Shown here: piece after piece, positions 25,271-38,490 of the stretch | Layout of the letters: each line of letters begins with the position of its first letter | Numbering within the stretch: the first letter of the stretch is position 1 | From: Eledone cirrhosa | Lineage: Eukaryota | Direction: 5' to 3' | NCBI GenBank assembly: GCA_964016885.1 | Contig: OZ024744.1 | Location: 126,976,001-127,040,000, forward strand | DNA length: 64,000 nucleotides | Position numbers and translations under genes: made by a program | The notes under the pieces: generated by a model | The model's input: the letters and a program-made list of their open reading frames with translations, nothing else | Told to the model about the DNA's origin: nothing | Databases searched by the model: none

Positions 25271-28200
25271 AAGTTGGGGTTAAGTTAAGTTGGGGTTAAG
25301 TTAAGTTGGAGTTAAGTCAAGTTGGGGTTAAGTCAAGTTGGGGTTAAGTCAAGTTGAGGTTAAGTTAAGTTGGAGTTAAGTTAAGTTGGGGTTAAGTTAA
25401 TTTGCGGTTAAGTTAGGTTGTGGGTTAAGTTAAGTTGGGGTTAAGTTAAGCTGGGGTTAAGTTGGGGTAAGTTAAGTTGGGGGTAAGTTAAGTTGGGGGT
25501 AAGTTAAGTTGGGGTTAAGTTAAGTTGGGGTTAAGTTAAGTTGGGGTTGAGTTAAGTTGGGGTTAAGTTAAGTTGGGGTTAAGTTAAGTTGGGGTTAAGT
25601 TAAGTTGGGGTTAAGTTAAGTTGGGGTTAAGTTAAGTTGGGGGCAAGTTAAGTTGGGGTTAAGTTAAGTTGGGGTTAAGTTAAGTTGGGGTTAAGTTAAG
25701 TTGTGGTTAAGTTAAGTTGGGGTTAAGTTAAGTTAGGGTTAATTTCAGTTGGGGTTATGTTAAGTTGGGGTTAAGTTAATTTGCGGTTAAGTTAGGTTGT
25801 GGGTTAAGTTAAGTTGGGGTTATGTTAAGTTGGGGTTAAGTTAAGTTGGGGTTAAGTTAAGTTGGTGTTAAGTAAAGTTGGGGTTAAGTTAAGTTGTGGG
25901 TTAAGTTAAGTTGGGGTTAAGTTAAGTTGGGGTTAAGCTAAGTTGGGGTTAAGTTAATTTGCGGTTAAGTTAGGTTGTGGGTTAAGTTAAGTTGGGGGTA
26001 AGTTAAGTTGGGGGTAAGTTAAGTTGGGGTTAAATTAAGTTGGGGTTAAGTTAAGTTGGGGTTAAGTTAAGTTGGGGTTAAGTTAAGTTGGCGTTAAGTT
26101 AAGTTGGGGTTAAGTTAAGTTGGGGTTAAGTTAAGTTGGGGTTAAGTTAAGTTGGGGTTAAGTTAAGTTGGGGTTAAGTCAAGTTGGGGTTAAGTCAAGT
26201 TGGGGTTAAGTCAAGTTGGGGTTAAATTAAGTTGGGGTTAAGTTAAGTTGGGGTTAGGTTAAGTTGGTGTTAAGTAAAGTTGGGGTTAAGTTAAGTTGTG
26301 GGTTAAGTTAAGTTGGGGTTAAGTTAAGTTGGGGTTAAGTTAAGTTGGTGTTAAGTAAAGTTGGGCTTAAGTTAAGTTGGGTTTGAGTTAAGTTGGGGCT
26401 AAGTTAAGTTAGGGCTAAGTTAAGTTGGGGTTAAGTTAAGTTGGGGCTAGGTTAAGTTGGGTCTAAGTTAAGTTGGGGTTAAGTTAAGTTGGGGTTAAGT
26501 TAAGTTGGGGTTAAATTAAGTTGGGGTTAAGTTAAGTTGGGGTTAAGCTAAGTTGGGGTTAAGTTAATTTGCGGTTAAGTTAGGTTGTGGGTTAAGTTAA
26601 GTTGCGGGTAAGTTAAGTTGGGGGTAAGTTAAGTTGGGGGTAAGTTAAGTTGGGGTTCAGTTAAGTTGGGGTTAAGTTAAGTTGGGGTTAAGTTAAGTTG
26701 GCGTTAAGTTAAGTTGGGGTAAAGTTAAGTTGGGGTTACGTTAAGTTGGGGGTAAGTTAAGTTGGGTGTAAGTTAAGTTGGGGTTAAGTTAAGCTGGGGT
26801 TAAGTTAAGTTGGGGTTAAATTAAGTTGGGGTTAAGTTAAGTTGGGGTTATGTTAAGTTGGGGTTAAGTTAAGTTGGGGTTAAGTTATATTGGGGTTAAG
26901 TTAAGTTGAGGTTAAGTTAAGTTGGAGTTAAGTTAAGTTGGGGTTAAGCTAAGTTGGGGTTAAGTTAATTTGCGGTTAATTTAGGTTGTGGGTTAAGTTA
27001 AGTTGGGGTTAAGTTGGGGTAAGTTAAGTTGGGGTAACTTAAGTTGGGGGTAAGTTAAGTTGGAGTTAAGTCAAGTTGGGGTTAAGTCAAGTTGGGGTTA
27101 AGTTAAGTTGGGGTTAAGTTAAGTTGGGGTTAAGTTAAGTTGGGGGTAAGTTAAGTTGGGGGTAAGTTAAGTTGGGGGCAAGTTAAGTTGGGGTTAAGTT
27201 AAGTTGGGATTAAGTTAAGTTGGGGTTAAGTTAAGTTGGGGTTAAGTTTAGTTAGGGTTAATTTCAGTTGGGGTTATGTTAAGTTTGGGTTAAGTTAAGT
27301 TGGGGTTAAGTTAAAGTTGGGGTTAAGTTAAGTTGGGGTTAAGTTAAGTTGGGGTTAAGTTAAGTTGGGGTTAAGTTAAGTTGGGGTTAAGTTAAGTTGG
27401 GGTTAAGTTAAGTTGGGGTTAAGTTAAGTTGGGGTTAAGTTAAGTTGGGGTAGAGTTAAGTTGGGGTTGAGTTAAGTTGGGGTTAAGTTGGGGTTAAGTT
27501 AAGTTGGGGTTAAGTTAAGTTGGGGGTAACTTAAGTTGGGTGTAAGTTAAGTTGGGGTTAAGTTAAGTTGGGGTTCAGTTCAGTTGGAGTTAAGTTAAGT
27601 TGGAGTTAAGTTAAGTTGGAGTTAAGTTAAGTTGGGGTTAAGCTAAGTTGGGGTTCAGTTAAGTTGGGGTCAAGTTAATTTGGGGCTGAGTTAAGTTGGG
27701 GTTAAGTTAAGTTGGGGTTAAGTTAAGTTGGGGTTAAGTTAAGTTGGGGTTAAGTTAAGTTGGGGTTAAGATAAGTTGGGGTTAAGTTGGTGTTAAGTTA
27801 AGTTGGGGTTGAGTTAATTTGGGGTTAAGTTAAGTTGGGGTTAACTTAAGTTGGGGTTAAGTTAAGTTGGGGGTAAGTTAAGTTGGGGGCAAGTTGAGTT
27901 GGGGTTAAGTTAAATTGGGGTTAAGTTAAGGTGGGGGTAAGTTAAGTTGGGGGTAAGTTAAGTTGGGGTTAAGTTAAGTTGGGGTTAAGTTAAGTTTGGT
28001 TTAATTTAAGTTGGGGCTAAGTTAAGTTGGGTCTAAGTTAAGTTGGGGCTGAGTTAAGTTGGGGTTAAGTTAAGTTGGGGTTGAGTTAAGTTGGGGTTAA
28101 CTTAAGTTGGGGTTAAGTTGGGGTTAAGTTAAGCTGGGGTTAAGTTAGGTTGGGGGTTAGTTAAGTTGGGGGCAACTTAAGTTGGGGTTAATTTAAGTTG

Positions 28201-28639
28201 GGGTTAAGTTAAGTTGGGGTTATGTTAAGTTGGGGTTAAGTTAAGTTGGGGTTAAGTTAAGTTGGGGGTAAGTTAAGTTGGGGTTAAGTTAAGTTGGGGG
28301 TAAGTTAAATTGAGGGTAAGTTAAGTTGGGGTTAAGTTAAGTTGGGGTTAAATTAAGTTGGGGGTAAGTTAAGTTGGGGGTAAGTTAAGTTGGGGTTAAG
28401 TTAAGTTGGGGTTAAATTAAGTTGAGGTTAAGTTAAGTTGGGGTTAAGTTAAGTTGGGGTTAAGTTAAGTTGGGGGTAAGATAAGTTGGGGCTAAGTTAA
28501 GTTGGGGCTAAGTCAAGTTGGGGTTAAGTCAAGTTGAGGTTAACTTAAGTTGGGGTTAAGTTAAGTTGGGGTTAAGTTAAGTTGGGGTTAAGGTAAGTTG
28601 GGGTTAAGTTAAGTTGGGGCTGAGTTAAGTTGGGGTTAA

Positions 28640-31600
28640 GTTAAGTTGGGGTTGAGTTAAGTTGGGGTTAAGTTAAGTTGGGATTAAGTTAAGTTGGGGT
28701 TAAGTTAAGTTCGGCTTGAGTTAAGTTGGGGTTAAGTTAAGTTGGGGTTAATTTAAGTTGGGGTTAAGTTAAGTTGGGGTTAAGATAAGTTGGGGTTAAG
28801 TTAAGTTGGGGTTAAGTTAAGTTGGGGTTGAGTTAATTTGGGGTTAAGTTAAGTTGGGGTTAACTTAAGTTGGGGTTAAGTTGGGGTTAAGTTAAGTTGG
28901 GGGTAGGTTAAGTTGGGGTTAAGTTAAGTTGGGGTTAAGTTAAGTTGGGTTTAAGTTAAGTTGGGGCTAAGTTAAGTTGCGGCTAAGTTAAGTTGGGGCT
29001 GAGTTAAGTTGGGGTTAAGTTAAGTTGGGGTTAAGTTAAGTTGGGGTTGAGTTAAGTTGGGGTTATGTTAAGTTAGGGTTGGGTTAAGTTGGGGTTGAGT
29101 TAAGTTGGGGTTGAGTTAAGTGGGGGTTAAGTTACGTTGGCGTTAAGTTAAGTTGGGGTTAAGTTAAGTTGGGGTTAAGTTAATTTGCGGTTAAGTTAAG
29201 TTGTGGGTTAAGTTAAGTTGAGGTTAAGTTGGGGGTAAGTTAAGTTGGGGTTAAGTTAAGTTGGGGTTAAGTTAAGTTGGGGTTAAGTTAAGTTGGGGTT
29301 AAGTTAAGTTGGGGTTGAGTTAAGTTGGGGTTGAGTTAAGTTGGGGTTAAGTTAAGTTGGGGTTAAGTTAAGTTGGGGTTAAGTTAAGTTGGGGTTAAGT
29401 TAAGTTGGGGTTAAGTTAAGTTGGGGGTAAGTTAAGTTGGGGGCAAGTTAAGTTGGGGTTAAGTTAAGTTGGGGTTCAGTTCAGTTGGGGTTAAGTTAAG
29501 TTGGGGTTAAGTTAAGCTGGGGGTAAGTTAAGTTGGGTGTAAGTTAAGTTGGAGTTAAGTTAAGTTGGGGTTAAGTTAAGTTGGGGGTTAGTTAAGTTGG
29601 GGGCAAGTTAAGTTGGGGTTAAGTTAAGTTGGGGTTCAGTTCAGTTGGGGTTAAGTTAAGTTGGGGTTAAGTTAAGCTGGGGGTAAGTTAAGTTGGGTGT
29701 AAGTTAAGTTGGGGTTATGTTAAGTTGGGGTTAAGTTAAGTTGGGGTTAAGTTAAGTTGAAGGTAAGTTAAGTTGGGGTTAAGTTGAGGGTAAGTTAAGT
29801 TGGGGTTAAGTTAAGTTGGGGGTAAGTTAAGTTGGGGGTAAGTTAAGTTGGGGTTAAGTTAAGTTGGGGTTAAATTAAGTTGAGGTTAAGTTAAGTTGGG
29901 GTTAAGTTAAATTGGGGTTAATTTAAGTTGGGGCTAAGTTAAGTTGGGGCTAAGTCAAGTTGGGGTTAAGTCAAGTTGAGGTTAACTTAAGTTGGGGTTA
30001 TGTTAAGTTGGGGTTAAGTTGGGGCTAAGTTAAGTTGGGGCTGAGTTAAGTTGGGGTTAATTTAAGTTGGGGTTGATTTAAGTTGGGGTTAAGTTAAGTT
30101 GGGATTAAGTTAAGTTGGGGTTAAGTTAAGTTCGGCTTGAGTTAAGTTGGGGTTAAGTTAAGTTGGGGTTAATTTAAGTTGGGGTTAAGTTAAGTTGGGG
30201 TTAAGTTAAGTTGGGGTTAAGATAAGTTGGGGTTAAGTTAAGTTGGGGTTAAGTTAAGTTGGGGTTGAGTTAATTTGGGGTTAAGTTAAGTTGGGGTTAA
30301 CTTAAGTTGGGGTTAAGTTGGGGTTAAGTTAAGTTGGGGTTAAGTTAATTTGGGGTTAAGTTAAGTTGGGGGTAGCTTAAGTTGGGGGCAAGTTAAGTTG
30401 GGGTTAAGTTAAGTTGGGGTTAAGTTAAGTTGGGTTTAAGTTAAGTTGGGGCTGAGTTAAGTTGGGGTTAAGTTAAGTTGGGGTTGAGTTAAGTTGGGGT
30501 TGAGTTAAGTTAGGGTTGAGTTAAGTTGGGGTTGAGTTAAGTTGGGGTTGAGTTAAGTTGGGGTTAAGTTAAGTTGGGGTTAAGTTAAGTTGGGGTTAAG
30601 TTAAGTTGGGGTTAAGTTAATTTGCGGTTAAGTTAGGTTGTGGGTTAAGTTAAGTTGGGTTTAAGTTAAGCTGGGGTTAAGTTGGGGTAAGTTAAGTTGG
30701 GGGTAAGTTAAGTTGGGGTTAAGTTAAGTTGGGGTTAAGTTAAGTTGGGGTTAAGTTAAGTTGGGGTTGAGTTAAGTTGGGATTGAGTTAAGTTGGGGTT
30801 AATTTAAGTTGGGGTTAAGTTAAGTTGGGGTTAAGTTAAGTTGGGGTTAAGTTAAGTTGGGGGTAATTTAAGTTGGGGTTAAGTTAATTTGCGGTTAAGC
30901 TGGGGTTAAGTTGGGGTAATTAAGTTGGGGTTAAGTTAAGTTGGGGTTAAGTTAAGTTGGGGTTAAGTTAAGTTGGGGGTAAGTTAAGTTGGGGGCAATT
31001 TAAGTTGGGATTAAGTTAAGTTGGGGTTAAGTTACGTTGGGGTTAAGTTAAGTTGGGGTTAAGTTAAGTTGGGGTTAAGTTAAGTTAGGGTTAATTTCAG
31101 TTGGGGTTTTGTTAAGTTGGGGTTAAGTTAAGTTGGGGTTAAGTTAAAGTTGGGGTTAAGTTAAGTTGGGGTTAAGTTAAGTTAGGGTTAATTTCAGTTG
31201 GGGTTATGTTAAGTTGGGGTTAAGTTGGGGTTAAGTTAAGTTGGGGGTAAGTTAAGTGGGGTGTAAGTTAAGTTGGGGTTAAGTTAAGTTGGGGTTCAGT
31301 TCAGTTGGGGTTAAGTTAAGTTGGGGTTAAGTTAAGCTGGGGGTAAGTTAAGTTGGGTGTAAGTTAAGTTGGCGTTAAGTTAAGTTGGGGTTAAGTTAAG
31401 TTGGGGGTTAGTTAAGTTGGGGGCAAGTTAAGTTGGGGTTAATTTAAGTTGGGGTTAAGTTAAGTTGGGGTTATGTTAAGTTGGGGTTAAGTTAAGTTGG
31501 GGGTAAGTTAAGTTGAGGGTAAGTTAAGTTGGGGTTAAGTTAAGTTGGGGTTAAATTAAGTTGGGGGTAAGTTAAGTTGGGGGTAAGTTAAGTTGGGGTT

Positions 31601-34600
31601 AAGTTAAGTTGGGATTAAATTAAGTTGAGGTTAAGTTAAGTTGGGGTTAAGTTAAATTGGGGTTAATTTAAGTTGGGGGTAAGATAAGTTGGGGCTAAGT
31701 TAAGTTGGGGCTAAGTCAAGTTGGGGTTAAGTCAAGTTGAGGTTAACTTAAGTTGGGGTTATGTTAAGTTGGGGTTAAGTTGGGGCTAAGTTAAGTTGGG
31801 GCTGAGTTAAGTTGGGGTTAAGTTAAGTTGGGGTTGAGTTAAGTTGGGGTTAAGTTAAGTTGGGATTAAGTTAAGTTGGGATTAAGTTAAGTTGGGGTTA
31901 AGTTAAGTTGGGGTTAAGTTCAGTTGGGGTTAATTTCAGTTGGGGTTAAGTTAAGTTGGGGTTAAGATAAGTTGGGGTTAAGTTAAGTTGGGGTTAAGTT
32001 AAGTTGGGGTTGAGTTAATTTGGGGTTAAGTTAAGTTGGGGTTAACTTAAGTTGGGGTTAAGTTGGGGTTAAGTTAAGTTGGGGTTAAGTTAAGTTGGGG
32101 GTAGGTTAAGTTGGGGGCAAGTTAAGTTGGGGTTAAGTTAAGTTGGGGTTAAGTTAAGTTGGGGTTAAGTTAAGTTGGGTTTAAGTTAAGATGGGGCTAA
32201 GTTAAGTTGGAGCTAAGTTAAGTTGGGGCTGAGTTAAGTTGGGGTTAAGTTAAGTTGGGGTTGAGTTAAGTTGGGGTTATGTTAAGTTAGGGTTGAGTTA
32301 AGTTGGGGTTGAGTTAAGTTGGGGTTGAGTTAAGTTGGGGTTAAGTTAAGTAGGGGTTAAGTTAAGTTGGGGATAGCTTAAGTTGGGGGCAAGTTAAGTT
32401 GGGGTTAAGTTAAGTTGGGGTTAAGTTAAGTTGGGGTTAAGTTAATTTGCGGTTAAGTTAGGTTGTGGGTTAAGTTAAGTTGGGGTTAAGTTAAGCTGGG
32501 GTTAAGTTGGGGTAAGTTAAGTTGGGGTAAGTTAAGTTGGGGTTAAGTTAAGTTGGGGTTAAGTTAAGTTGGGGTTAAGTTAAGTTGGGGTTGAGTTAAG
32601 TTGGGGTTGAGTTAAGTTGGGGTTAAGTTAAGTTGGGGTTAAGTTAAGTTGGGGTTAAGTTAAGTTGGGGATAGCTTAAGTTGGGGGCAAGTTAAGTTGG
32701 GGTTAAGTTAAGTTGGGGTTAAGTTAAGTTGGGTTTAAGTTAAGTTGGGGCTAAGTTAAGTTGGGGCTAAGTTAAGTTGGGGCTGAGTTAAGTTGGGGTT
32801 AAGTTAAGTTGGGGTTGAGTTAAGTTGGGGTTATGTTAAGTTAGGGTTGAGTTAAGTTGGGGTTGAGTTAAGTTGGGGTTGAGTTAAGTTGGGGTTAAGT
32901 TAAGTTGGCGTTAAGTTAAGTTGGGGTTAAGTTAAGTTGGGGTTAATTAATTTGCGGTTAAGTTAGGTTGTGGGTTAAGTTAAGTTGGGGTTAATTTAAG
33001 CTGGGGTTAAGTTGGAGTAAGTTAAGTTGGGGGTAAGTTAAGTTGGGGTTAAGTTAAGTTGGGGTTAAGTTAAGTTGGGGTTAAGTTAAGTTGGGGTTAA
33101 GTTAAGCTGGGGGTAAGTTAAGTTGGGTGTAAGTTAAGTTGGAGTTAAGTTAAGTTGGGGTTAAGTTAAGTTGGGGGTTAGTTAAGTTGGGGGCAAGTTA
33201 AGTTGGGGTTAAGTTAAGTTGGGGTTCAGTTCAGTTGGGGTTAAGTTAAGTTGGGGTTAAGTTAAGCTGGGGGTAAGTTAAGTTGGGTGTAAGTTAAGTT
33301 GGGGTTATGTTAAGTTGGGGTTAAGTTAAGTTGGGGTTAAGTTAAGTTGAAGGTAAGTTAAGTTGGGGTTAAGTTGAGGGTAAGTTAAGTTGGGGTTAAG
33401 TTAAGTTGGGGGTAAGTTAAGTTGGGGGTAAGTTAAGTTGGGGTTAAGTTAAGTTGGGGTTAAATTAAGTTGAGGTTAAGTTAAGTTGGGGTTAAGTTAA
33501 ATTGGGGTTAATTTAAGTTGGGGCTAAGTTAAGTTGGGGCTAAGTCAAGTTGGGGTTAAGTTAAGCTGGGGGTAAGTTAAGTTGGGGTTGAGTTAAGTTG
33601 GGGTTAAGTTAAGTTGGGATTAAGTTAAGTTGGGGTTAAGTTAAGTTCGGCTTGAGTTAAGTTGGGGTTAAGTTAAGTTGGGGTTAATTTAAGTTGGGGT
33701 TAAGTTAAGTTGGGGTTAAGATAAGTTGGGGTTAAGTTAAGTTGGGGTTAAGTTAAGTTGGGGTTGAGTTAATTTGGGGTTAAGTTAAGTTGGGGTTAAC
33801 TTAAGTTGGGGTTAAGTTGGGGTTAAGTTAAGTTGGGGGTAGGTTAAGTTGGGGTTAAGTTAAGTTGGGGTTAAGTTAAGTTGGGTTTAAGTTAAGTTGG
33901 GGCTAAGTTAAGTTGCGGCTAAGTTAAGTTGGGGCTGAGTTAAGTTGGGGTTAAGTTAAGTTGGGGTTAAGTTAAGTTGGGGTTGAGTTAAGTTGGGGTT
34001 ATGTTAAGTTAGGGTTGGGTTAAGTTGGGGTTGAGTTAAGTTGGGGTTGAGTTAAGTGGGGGTTAAGTTACGTTGGCGTTAAGTTAAGTTGGGGTTAAGT
34101 TAAGTTGGGGTTAAGTTAATTTGCGGTTAAGTTAAGTTGTGGGTTAAGTTAAGTTGAGGTTAAGTTGGGGGTAAGTTAAGTTGGGGTTAAGTTAAGTTGG
34201 GGTTAAGTTAAGTTGGGGTTAAGTTAAGTTGGGGTTAAGTTAAGTTGGGGTTGAGTTAAGTTGGGGTTGAGTTAAGTTGGGGTTAAGTTAAGTTGGGGTT
34301 AAGTTAAGTTGGGGTTAAGTTAAGTTGGGGTTAAGTTAAGTTGGGGTTAAGTTAAGTTGGGGGTAAGTTAAGTTGGGGGCAAGTTAAGTTGGGGTTAAGT
34401 TAAGTTGGGGTTCAGTTCAGTTGGGGTTAAGTTAAGTTGGGGTTAAGTTAAGCTGGGGGTAAGTTAAGTTGGGTGTAAGTTAAGTTGGAGTTAAGTTAAG
34501 TTGGGGTTAAGTTAAGTTGGGGGTTAGTTAAGTTGGGGGCAAGTTAAGTTGGGGTTAAGTTAAGTTGGGGTTCAGTTCAGTTGGGGTTAAGTTAAGTTGG

Positions 34601-37600
34601 GGTTAAGTTAAGCTGGGGGTAAGTTAAGTTGGGTGTAAGTTAAGTTGGGGTTATGTTAAGTTGGGGTTAAGTTAAGTTGGGGTTAAGTTAAGTTGAAGGT
34701 AAGTTAAGTTGGGGTTAAGTTGAGGGTAAGTTAAGTTGGGGTTAAGTTAAGTTGGGGGTAAGTTAAGTTGGGGGTAAGTTAAGTTGGGGTTAAGTTAAGT
34801 TGGGGTTAAATTAAGTTGAGGTTAAGTTAAGTTGGGGTTAAGTTAAATTGGGGTTAATTTAAGTTGGGGCTAAGTTAAGTTGGGGCTAAGTCAAGTTGGG
34901 GTTAAGTCAAGTTGAGGTTAACTTAAGTTGGGGTTATGTTAAGTTGGGGTTAAGTTGGGGCTAAGTTAAGTTGGGGCTGAGTTAAGTTGGGGTTAATTTA
35001 AGTTGGGGTTGATTTAAGTTGGGGTTAAGTTAAGTTGGGATTAAGTTAAGTTGGGGTTAAGTTAAGTTCGGCTTGAGTTAAGTTGGGGTTAAGTTAAGTT
35101 GGGGTTAATTTAAGTTGGGGTTAAGTTAAGTTGGGGTTAAGTTAAGTTGGGGTTAAGATAAGTTGGGGTTAAGTTAAGTTGGGGTTAAGTTAAGTTGGGG
35201 TTGAGTTAATTTGGGGTTAAGTTAAGTTGGGGTTAACTTAAGTTGGGGTTAAGTTGGGGTTAAGTTAAGTTGGGGTTAAGTTAATTTGGGGTTAAGTTAA
35301 GTTGGGGGTAGCTTAAGTTGGGGGCAAGTTAAGTTGGGGTTAAGTTAAGTTGGGGTTAAGTTAAGTTGGGTTTAAGTTAAGTTGGGGCTGAGTTAAGTTG
35401 GGGTTAAGTTAAGTTGGGGTTGAGTTAAGTTGGGGTTGAGTTAAGTTAGGGTTGAGTTAAGTTGGGGTTGAGTTAAGTTGGGGTTGAGTTAAGTTGGGGT
35501 TAAGTTAAGTTGGGGTTAAGTTAAGTTGGGGTTAAGTTAAGTTGGGGTTAAGTTAATTTGCGGTTAAGTTAGGTTGTGGGTTAAGTTAAGTTGGGTTTAA
35601 GTTAAGCTGGGGTTAAGTTGGGGTAAGTTAAGTTGGGGTTAAGTTAAGTTGGGGTTAAGTTAAGTTGGGGTTAAGTTAAGTTGGGGTTAAGTTAAGTTGG
35701 GGTTGAGTTAAGTTGGGATTGAGTTAAGTTGGGGTTAATTTAAGTTGGGGTTAAGTTAAGTTGGGGTTAAGTTAAGTTGGGGTTAAGTTAAGTTGGGGGT
35801 AATTTAAGTTGGGGTTAAGTTAATTTGCGGTTAAGCTGGGGTTAAGTTGGGGTAATTAAGTTGGGGTTAAGTTAAGTTGGGGTTAAGTTAAGTTGGGGTT
35901 AAGTTAAGTTGGGGGTAAGTTAAGTTGGGGGCAATTTAAGTTGGGATTAAGTTAAGTTGGGGTTAAGTTAAGTTGGGGTTAAGTTAAGTTGGGGTTAAGT
36001 TAAGTTGGGGTTAAGTTAAGTTAGGGTTAATTTCAGTTGGGGTTTTGTTAAGTTGGGGTTAAGTTAAGTTGGGGTTAAGTTAAAGTTGGGGTTAAGTTAA
36101 GTTGGGGTTAAGTTAAGTTAGGGTTAATTTCAGTTGGGGTTATGTTAAGTTGGGGTTAAGTTGGGGTTAAGTTAAGTTGGGGGTAAGTTAAGTGGGGTGT
36201 AAGTTAAGTTGGGGTTAAGTTAAGTTGGGGTTCAGTTCAGTTGGGGTTAAGTTAAGCTGGGGGTAAGTTAAGTTGGGTGTAAGTTAAGTTGGCGTTAAGT
36301 TAAGTTGGGGTTAAGTTAAGTTGGGGGTTAGTTAAGTTGGGGGCAAGTTAAGTTGGGGTTAATTTAAGTTGGGGTTAAGTTAAGTTGGGGTTATGTTAAG
36401 TTGGGGTTAAGTTAAGTTGGGGGTAAGTTAAGTTGAGGGTAAGTTAAGTTGGGGTTAAGTTAAGTTGGGGTTAAATTAAGTTGGGGGTAAGTTAAGTTGG
36501 GGGTAAGTTAAGTTGGGGTTAAGTTAAGTTGGGATTAAATTAAGTTGAGGTTAAGTTAAGTTGGGGTTAAGTTAAATTGGGGTTAATTTAAGTTGGGGGT
36601 AAGATAAGTTGGGGCTAAGTTAAGTTGGGGCTAAGTCAAGTTGGGGTTAAGTCAAGTTGAGGTTAACTTAAGTTGGGGTTATGTTAAGTTGGGGTTAAGT
36701 TGGGGCTAAGTTAAGTTGGGGCTGAGTTAAGTTGGGGTTAAGTTAAGTTGGGGTTGAGTTAAGTTGGGGTTAAGTTAAGTTGGGATTAAGTTAAGTTGGG
36801 ATTAAGTTAAGTTGGGGTTAAGTTAAGTTGGGGTTAAGTTCAGTTGGGGTTAATTTCAGTTGGGGTTAAGTTAAGTTGGGGTTAAGATAAGTTGGGGTTA
36901 AGTTAAGTTGGGGTTAAGTTAAGTTGGGGTTGAGTTAATTTGGGGTTAAGTTAAGTTGGGGTTAACTTAAGTTGGGGTTAAGTTGGGGTTAAGTTAAGTT
37001 GGGGTTAAGTTAAGTTGGGGGTAGGTTAAGTTGGGGGCAAGTTAAGTTGGGGTTAAGTTAAGTTGGGGTTAAGTTAAGTTGGGGTTAAGTTAAGTTGGGT
37101 TTAAGTTAAGATGGGGCTAAGTTAAGTTGGAGCTAAGTTAAGTTGGGGCTGAGTTAAGTTGGGGTTAAGTTAAGTTGGGGTTGAGTTAAGTTGGGGTTAT
37201 GTTAAGTTAGGGTTGAGTTAAGTTGGGGTTGAGTTAAGTTGGGGTTGAGTTAAGTTGGGGTTAAGTTAAGTAGGGGTTAAGTTAAGTTGGGGATAGCTTA
37301 AGTTGGGGGCAAGTTAAGTTGGGGTTAAGTTAAGTTGGGGTTAAGTTAAGTTGGGGTTAAGTTAATTTGCGGTTAAGTTAGGTTGTGGGTTAAGTTAAGT
37401 TGGGGTTAAGTTAAGCTGGGGTTAAGTTGGGGTAAGTTAAGTTGGGGTAAGTTAAGTTGGGGTTAAGTTAAGTTGGGGTTAAGTTAAGTTGGGGTTAAGT
37501 TAAGTTGGGGTTGAGTTAAGTTGGGGTTGAGTTAAGTTGGGGTTAAGTTAAGTTGGGGTTAAGTTAAGTTGGGGTTAAGTTAAGTTGGGGATAGCTTAAG

Positions 37601-38490
37601 TTGGGGGCAAGTTAAGTTGGGGTTAAGTTAAGTTGGGGTTAAGTTAAGTTGGGTTTAAGTTAAGTTGGGGCTAAGTTAAGTTGGGGCTAAGTTAAGTTGG
37701 GGCTGAGTTAAGTTGGGGTTAAGTTAAGTTGGGGTTGAGTTAAGTTGGGGTTATGTTAAGTTAGGGTTGAGTTAAGTTGGGGTTGAGTTAAGTTGGGGTT
37801 GAGTTAAGTTGGGGTTAAGTTAAGTTGGCGTTAAGTTAAGTTGGGGTTAAGTTAAGTTGGGGTTAATTAATTTGCGGTTAAGTTAGGTTGTGGGTTAAGT
37901 TAAGTTGGGGTTAATTTAAGCTGGGGTTAAGTTGGAGTAAGTTAAGTTGGGGGTAAGTTAAGTTGGGGTTAAGTTAAGTTGGGGTTAAGTTAAGTTGGGG
38001 TTAAGTTAAGTTGGGGTTAAGTTAAGCTGGGGGTAAGTTAAGTTGGGTGTAAGTTAAGTTGGAGTTAAGTTAAGTTGGGGTTAAGTTAAGTTGGGGGTTA
38101 GTTAAGTTGGGGGCAAGTTAAGTTGGGGTTAAGTTAAGTTGGGGTTCAGTTCAGTTGGGGTTAAGTTAAGTTGGGGTTAAGTTAAGCTGGGGGTAAGTTA
38201 AGTTGGGTGTAAGTTAAGTTGGGGTTATGTTAAGTTGGGGTTAAGTTAAGTTGGGGTTAAGTTAAGTTGAAGGTAAGTTAAGTTGGGGTTAAGTTGAGGG
38301 TAAGTTAAGTTGGGGTTAAGTTAAGTTGGGGGTAAGTTAAGTTGGGGGTAAGTTAAGTTGGGGTTAAGTTAAGTTGGGGTTAAATTAAGTTGAGGTTAAG
38401 TTAAGTTGGGGTTAAGTTAAATTGGGGTTAATTTAAGTTGGGGCTAAGTTAAGTTGGGGCTAAGTCAAGTTGGGGTTAAGTTAAGCTGGG
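28640..38490 (+). repeat. Near-identical tandem duplication, period 4,920-4,936 bp
   Basis: Whole 60-base lines match at offset 4,920 (31381=36301; 32161=37081, carrying the rare ATGGGG variant). GTTACGTTGGCG has its C at 29135 and 34071 (offset 4,936). Confidence 0.9.

Noticed and set aside
28145-28155. Exact TTAGGTTGGGG matches (also at 52559 and 55711) and scattered TTAGGG hexamers
   Set aside because: Each is a single substitution from the consensus, isolated and expected by chance.
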